Shown: positions 28,501 through 30,487 of the stretch, in pieces
Layout of the letters: the number at the start of each line of letters is the position of its first letter
Numbering within the stretch: the first letter of the stretch is position 1
IMG/VR virus record: IMGVR_UViG_3300037634_000844
Coordinates: 1 to 30,487 of that record
Direction: 5' to 3' (one strand)
DNA: 30,487 nt
Source of the DNA: a virus
Lineage: Duplodnaviria; Caudoviricetes
Translations under genes and position numbers: made by a program
The notes under the pieces: generated by a model
Databases searched by the model: none
What the model saw: the letters and a program-made list of their open reading frames with translations, nothing else
Told to the model about the DNA's origin: nothing

Positions 28501-29326
28501 TTTAGGTTTTGGTGATGATAAGATTGATGATAAAGAAGAAGAGAAATTATACGAAGGTTTAAATGGAATGTTAGATTCTAGTTTAAGAGGTTTAGGTATG
28601 GCAGGGGTTACTGCTTCAGTATTGAAAAACTTAGGATTAGATATTTATGACAGGTCTAAAAGAGGACGACCAGAATATTCAGATGCTTGGATTAAATTAT
28701 TAGAATTTTCTCCTGCTATTAAAAGTAAACTTGGTAAATTAAAATCTGCAGCATGGCCATTTGATTCTAAGAAAAGAAGAGCAGAAGTATTTGAAAAAGG
28801 TTTTAGTTTAGATAATCCTGCTTATGAATCTATGGCTAAGGTTATAACTGCTACAACTAATCTTCCAGTTGATAGATTGTTTAGTAAAATTAATAATCTT
28901 AAAAATGCTTTCGCTGATGAAGCTGAAGCTTGGCAATCTGTTGCTATGGTTTTAGGATGGCCTGAGTGGCAACTAAAAACTACTAAACAAGAAGTTGCAG
29001 AAGAGAAAAAAGAATTAAAAGAAGATCCTTCGGGTTATAATGCGTGGCAACAAAAGTCTATTTTAAAACAATATGGATATAATGAAAAAGAAATAAAGAA
29101 ACTTAAAAATGAAGAATCGAGAGTAAAAGAAATATTAAAATCTCAAAAAGAAAATAACAATCAATATATACCTTTAAAAATAGATAAACCATGGGACGTT
29201 AAAATGAAAGAAGAAGGAGCTACTAAAGAAGAGATAAAGAAAAAAAGAGAAGAAAAAAAAGGAGGATATAAATCTACAAAAGGAGGTTTTAAAGATTCTT
29301 CATTTAAAACAACAACATTTAAGTAG
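19520..29326 (+). CDS. Giant multidomain (polyvalent-type) ejected virion protein, 3268 aa
   Basis: Uninterrupted 9.8-kb ORF and third gene of the ejection cluster. Contains HEVGH (22790), a sigma-region-2-like segment (about 23460-23570), an EH/MP/RY module (about 25210-25480), HAD motifs (25925-26335), an SRTRLY module (26777) and a helical, hydrophobic C-terminal region. Confidence 0.85.
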   Translation: MSEFPEDPREDPFEAFSFSVDTSDPFEMFGRNVQLTTQETVTEQPEQTTDYFGGMGFTDEVVTDDVTVDTEVEEWEPIYSSDYYESLPMMNQERAAYEQWKLKPDREALPEEIEEAKTGVSEVKPLTIKDQLGLNFNVPLEKTQIQRQEDFIEGLRDATTNKIFVTPKETGVEVDELTLKYGDIFTERSPEKHPHDAFEQVGDWIGNTIMTLLDVPRTLAGQEAAADYSWFGYDPKELTVSDKQLIQGAAQTDADLINKELNQINSPIRYQWNNGKLQPYIDYDSKEITKNDVLKAFEIVKEKQKKADEGRLTNDELSVIKFENQYQEALKTGTPTEIKEAKNKWIEEWKKLGGVKRIFSEDGSFISKKDATPADEKANSNLDDEASQQWGLSDEQSMLNAKRALANKLIYLSKEISKDPKVIGRGMNWLDAMREGGFGSTFDISGYLEKDNYIALEDNLKIINQVGNEGIILPELKYLPGGSILTNQFNNLLKQYNVVTRAMQLNMDPTTNIGSGFVEDIKGFGAQIAEKFSPTDVETARELGREFVSFTQDEVGISITQDLANKVDFAWDTETERYVLDKDISEQTLETIVEIGQVMAEFAVARKVIGKKNIKKLGNFVRESAAGKPRIIRAAATVSASIIEEAAAIQARNVLIAPITGGEDMSLTWAVGAGAMGSVAKYFSPAGVTSIWTTGNKTVNRLITAIGGSQTANLLAKQLIQPAIGTGVMIAGEITENILTTDKGMREIWEEASDWDKLASTWATLFALQNSKAPLNIVREPYRAVEADILALGKKTRFTQKAAKALGLESNYMDKNEKGDYILTEDKINKQFKEKRKEVIDSELSKDEKFEKLRELTAARRSMIEHRQYLDIKNTIKATEGGKQIWADQYVESMNLAYGRELTAENIEGLANTPSTQLTRLLVRDPNNKLSKPDQSALANRIMAYRELAADLSMEANLTVASQGGLRGKARINYFKERLKQLNAERDLLNATEALKDKKITQSIYDEQISGLEKTIEDSNKKIESITDTYTKELKESKKFEKISKPLIERAKEAGFKIIEDKTLEGEAEIGGGVFRYNPKKAPEFFTLGVHEVGHPVVNRMLKGKTQAEKDSFVEEFKKILPEKTYRLIEERLLGRQNVKDYKENPNTVEWMNVFLDITGSGALKYEGNFFGKVKDFLNKYKKGKDYSLDLNFENPKEVYENLKAFAEAAGKGKAGVGEKGEMLVEALKKAPQMEGTQKSVTIDLENKKNQDTLNEQVGERTEEGYYTMPKKEWLGSRAHKIAKNLIDGGSFDLLIGKKIFPGKKIYTETRENILEDSRAELKRHLENFDPTLNKNLFGYLNSYVGAKVGTVTGRAKKTVPTVSRDIQVEGRKMPEPESKDLDPSELADIVLAKERKAKAEKDKPKETVASKVGMPKVIVDKIKGETSSEEYIEEAAEKVDYRKLPEISTPPGPNQTIPPFLSKLKAQIATSRKYKEEVAQSMGTRKDYIDYLDKNFEKIVKNLPPSYFSGLIERKITSGVKKGLTLKQAIDAVILPKNMIQKDIGQGYTSNWQGKKTVGTKAAKTGITSGLKRIRLNPNFDFKNKANIEAFKKAFKSQGRKEGLAGQISAKGVVDYLQKNLGTESKIDKQLKDSYDLKGRELPKDYAKQFREQVAKSEVQRSATEEKIEQEKLKEIANARLLKEIEKGYFLGDMKGMANAIKSLVKENPGLNLIIPKEISKEGIVRDPEGQEMLINFTTNILPRYYGKNVLLSSVWAGTASGKGMWMDTRTLAEVRKLFLSHEDRVSQEIQETINPGMASSGLDVMKTSPFTSNGSKKKFIDKVNKSYKGLDLFIDQSFKMLKENPDQLSGFLAMMKNASVTSSHFWRNFSQVIGKHVNWADKVMMDPKKKGKGVGEHALVQNQAGEFMTKAILESIAKKNRNILNTAKELLSENYFQILISHGSDNKLTEIGLQSSMPKGFWESWNKALETGNVKEAWSVWSRYFNKEINKIKGADGELGFNPNNIMLLNRKTGEIESLADTLGIGEKHFGKDVLNPEIIAKQQELIGEWSRRNPNYNTITKLREHLAIDLDMLNAKRNATLNSKKELEKIDNIFKVSEKAPNEILVQKSNTFDKALAEGRKLKKEIKKARVFDFDDTIAKSKSKVLYETIDGEKGKLTPEEFAARGEELKEKGVTFDFSEFNKVVEGKKGPLFELFKRMKEAAGDRDMFILTARSGAAAPAIKEFLNRMGVEIPLDHITGLGDSSPLAKSDWVVGKAAEGYNDFYFADDHLPNVEAVKKALSPLEVKAKVQQAKDAVQFEIDKLPGESGTQFSMTTKRDLDWKESTKITDEGRAMSSMKAKFEVKGVPYEIYLDLLSDKKRGSWDLGFTNLKDGKRSQAITGDGNASQVLSIVSNAVFDLAKRKDVNVLNFSSKEKSRTRLYKTLTNLWADKLGWNQSFNSQHNIFHIGKPGFEIGLKYKKTPQETTVEIEKSKDKFSKQSKPVKKVLNVIDIKGKVQQAIMQKSNTLNEGFNKIIEESAGVDRFKVFSDVKAQIRGEKARRQRFFIPPSAEDFLGLLYATLGKGKQGENHLKFYEDNLLTPYSRAMENLSTDRVNLMSDFKDLKNKLDVPKDLKKTTKSGFTHEQAVRVYLWNTTGKEIPGLSKADFKELNDIVEKNFRLKSFADQILSITKGDGYSTPKKEWSVGTITTDLIDILNTTKRSKYLEPWKQNVDVIFSKENLNKLEAVYGEKYREAMENMLTRMKSGSNRTAGGNKLSNQVLDYINNSTGAIMFFNTRSAVLQTISAANFINWSFNNPYRAGKAFANQPQYWKDFTELMNSDYLKDRRQGLKLNISESEISNAAKTSKNKAKAVLNYILEKGYLPTKFADSFAIASGGATFYRNRIIDLMKNEGKTEVEAKKIAMEEFRKNAEISQQSSNPSKISQQQSSDLGRVVLQFVNTPMQYARIQKRAIQDIANGRGDMKTNAGKVAYYMFLQNMIFNALQQGLFALGFGDDKIDDKEEEKLYEGLNGMLDSSLRGLGMAGVTASVLKNLGLDIYDRSKRGRPEYSDAWIKLLEFSPAIKSKLGKLKSAAWPFDSKKRRAEVFEKGFSLDNPAYESMAKVITATTNLPVDRLFSKINNLKNAFADEAEAWQSVAMVLGWPEWQLKTTKQEVAEEKKELKEDPSGYNAWQQKSILKQYGYNEKEIKKLKNEESRVKEILKSQKENNNQYIPLKIDKPWDVKMKEEGATKEEIKKKREEKKGGYKSTKGGFKDSSFKTTTFK
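22650..23150 (+). other. Zincin-like metallopeptidase domain within the giant protein
   Basis: Beta strands (AEIGGGVFRYNP), then TLGVHEVGH (HExxH at 22790-22804), a downstream Glu in NTVEW as candidate third ligand, and an FFGKVKDFL helix. Boundaries approximate. Confidence 0.75.
25900..26410 (+). other. HAD-superfamily phosphatase domain within the giant protein
   Basis: All four HAD motifs in order: I VFDFDDTI (D at 25925), II ILTARS (T at 26162), III K in PLAKSDW, IV YFADD (26330-26335). Confidence 0.88.
26392..27027 (+). repeat. Exact 15-bp direct repeat AAAAGTTCAACAAGC (26392-26406 and 27013-27027) inside a duplicated 17-aa segment
   Basis: VKKALSPLEVKAKVQQA (26357-26407) versus VKKVLNVIDIKGKVQQA (26978-27028): 10/17 identical, 621 bp (207 codons) apart and in frame. 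Confidence 0.85.
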
Positions 29327-29335
29327 TATAAAACA

Positions 29336-29704
29336 ATGAAAATTAACGAAAACACGGAGTTAAAATTTGATTTAAAAACTATTATAAGTTTAATAGTATT
29401 AACTACTACATTTGTGGGTATGTATTACACGTTGCAATCTGATATAGAAGAAGCTAAAGAAATGCCACCTGCAGTTATAGATCGTATAGAATATGATCTT
29501 AAACAGGAGTTTTTCACAGAACATATTAATGATTTAGAAGACGAAGTAGATGAATTATACGAATGGTATTGGGATTTGGATGCAGAACTTCATCATAACT
29601 CTACACATGTTAGAAAGAGTTTAGAGGAAATAAAGAATGCACCTAAACAGAAGGCACAGACAATAATAATAAAAGAAAATAATAATAATAAAAAAAGGAG
29701 GTAA
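29336..29704 (+). CDS. Small single-pass membrane protein with coiled coil (122 aa); lysis role possible but unsupported
   Basis: Hydrophobic helix IISLIVLTTTFVGMYY, then an acidic coiled coil (INDLEDEVDELYE) and a basic C-terminus. Confidence 0.6.
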   Translation: MKINENTELKFDLKTIISLIVLTTTFVGMYYTLQSDIEEAKEMPPAVIDRIEYDLKQEFFTEHINDLEDEVDELYEWYWDLDAELHHNSTHVRKSLEEIKNAPKQKAQTIIIKENNNNKKRR

Positions 29705-29706
29705 CG

Positions 29707-30487
29707 ATGAGAAAGATAATATTAGGATTTATATTAAGTTTATTTGTAGGGATTTATTTCCCACAATGTACTCATACGTTTACTGGTTACGATTCATACG
29801 GAGATGGATGGAATGGAGCAAGTGCAACCATAACAGTAAATGGAATGATAGTAGGACAATGTGATTTACTATCAGGATCTTCAGAAACAATTCAATTTCC
29901 AGCCACTGATGGTGATTTAATTAAATTAGATTGGATTTCAGGTTCTTGGGATTCAGAAATATCCTGGGATGTAAAAGATGGGGGAGGAAGTATTATCTCC
30001 ATGGGTATATGGGGAACAAGTGCAGTTGGTAATGCTGCATGTCCTTTAGCTACGCCATGTGCTGCTTTAGATTACTCACAAGACTTTGAAACTGGAACCA
30101 CCTCTATGGTGGCTACTACAAATAGTGGATCTAATATTGCAGTAGACGCAACAGGAGCTAATGCAAGTCTTTATGGTGCGCATATGCAAGGAAATACATC
30201 TTCTTATTGGTACAATCCTTATAATAGTGGACCAGATGCTTTTTCGTCTTCACCTAATCATATAGCTCAAATTAGTAGAGAGATATGTGCAGCTACAAAA
30301 CCTAACGTAACTTTAACTTTTGATAAGAAACAAACTTATACTTATAATGTAACTTACTCTTGGTTTAGAGTTACAATAAATGGAATACCTATAGCGGATA
30401 TTAATGGGGAAACATATTTTAATGGATCTAATAATACTTGGAAAACAATGACTTATGATTTGTCTTTGTATGCAGGAAGTAATTTTA
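29707..30487 (+). CDS. Secreted Bacteroidota-type beta-sandwich protein resembling T9SS cargo/adhesin (3'-truncated, at least 260 aa; not in the ORF track)
   Basis: Open from ATG 29707 to the window end: MRKIILGFILSLFVGIYFP-QCTHTFTGYDSYGDGWNGASATITVNG...GSWDSEISWDVKDGGG...CP...C..LDYSQDFE...WKTMTYDLSLYAGSNF. Signal peptide followed by Gln, a DSYGDGWNG motif and a cleaved-adhesin-like YDLSxYAG. Confidence 0.8.
   Translation, partial: MRKIILGFILSLFVGIYFPQCTHTFTGYDSYGDGWNGASATITVNGMIVGQCDLLSGSSETIQFPATDGDLIKLDWISGSWDSEISWDVKDGGGSIISMGIWGTSAVGNAACPLATPCAALDYSQDFETGTTSMVATTNSGSNIAVDATGANASLYGAHMQGNTSSYWYNPYNSGPDAFSSSPNHIAQISREICAATKPNVTLTFDKKQTYTYNVTYSWFRVTINGIPIADINGETYFNGSNNTWKTMTYDLSLYAGSNF

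Noticed and set aside
29324-29338. TAG readthrough or amber recoding fusing the giant ORF to the in-frame 122-aa gene
   Set aside because: In-frame spacing occurs one time in three by chance. All long genes are intact under the standard code with no internal TAG/TGA, and the next gene has its own A-rich start context.
4138-29355. Minus-strand ORFs in the track (e.g. 4138-4536, 16801-17172, 18837-19232, 21250-21609, 25693-26073)
   Set aside because: Mostly S/F/L-rich antisense mirrors of E/K-rich sense genes, with no independent coding evidence.
1-30487. tRNA, CRISPR array, intron/intein, integrase or DGR elements
   Set aside because: Intergenic gaps are all under about 75 nt. I saw no repeat-spacer array, cloverleaf, intein signature, recombinase or reverse transcriptase by eye.

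Overview
This window is the virion morphogenesis and DNA-ejection module of an AT-rich podovirus-type phage. Gene order and motifs are Crassvirales-like and resemble marine Flavobacteriia phages; a Bacteroidota host is inferred. All genes are on the + strand: 5'-truncated terminase large subunit, portal, acidic scaffold, major capsid protein, small capsid-linked genes, two tail ring/adaptor proteins, a tail stabilisation (muzzle) protein apparently split over two genes, a cupin, two ejection-type proteins, a 3268-aa giant protein, a small membrane protein and a 3'-truncated secreted Bacteroidota-type protein. Three observations stand out. (1) The giant protein has no recognisable virion-RNAP DxDxD motif. 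It reads instead as a polyprotein: HExxH metallopeptidase, sigma-70 region-2-like segment, EH..D..MP..RY nuclease-like module, complete HAD phosphatase and an SRTRLY module. A Q-[K/R/F]-S-x-T motif occurs five times at the apparent module boundaries (candidate autoproteolysis sites), and one module is flanked by an exact 15-bp direct repeat. (2) A 52-aa, highly basic ORF is overprinted in the +1 frame of the scaffold gene and is not in the ORF track. (3) The last gene encodes a signal-peptide protein resembling T9SS cargo and is also absent from the ORF track. All family assignments come from motif recognition by eye, not database searches.
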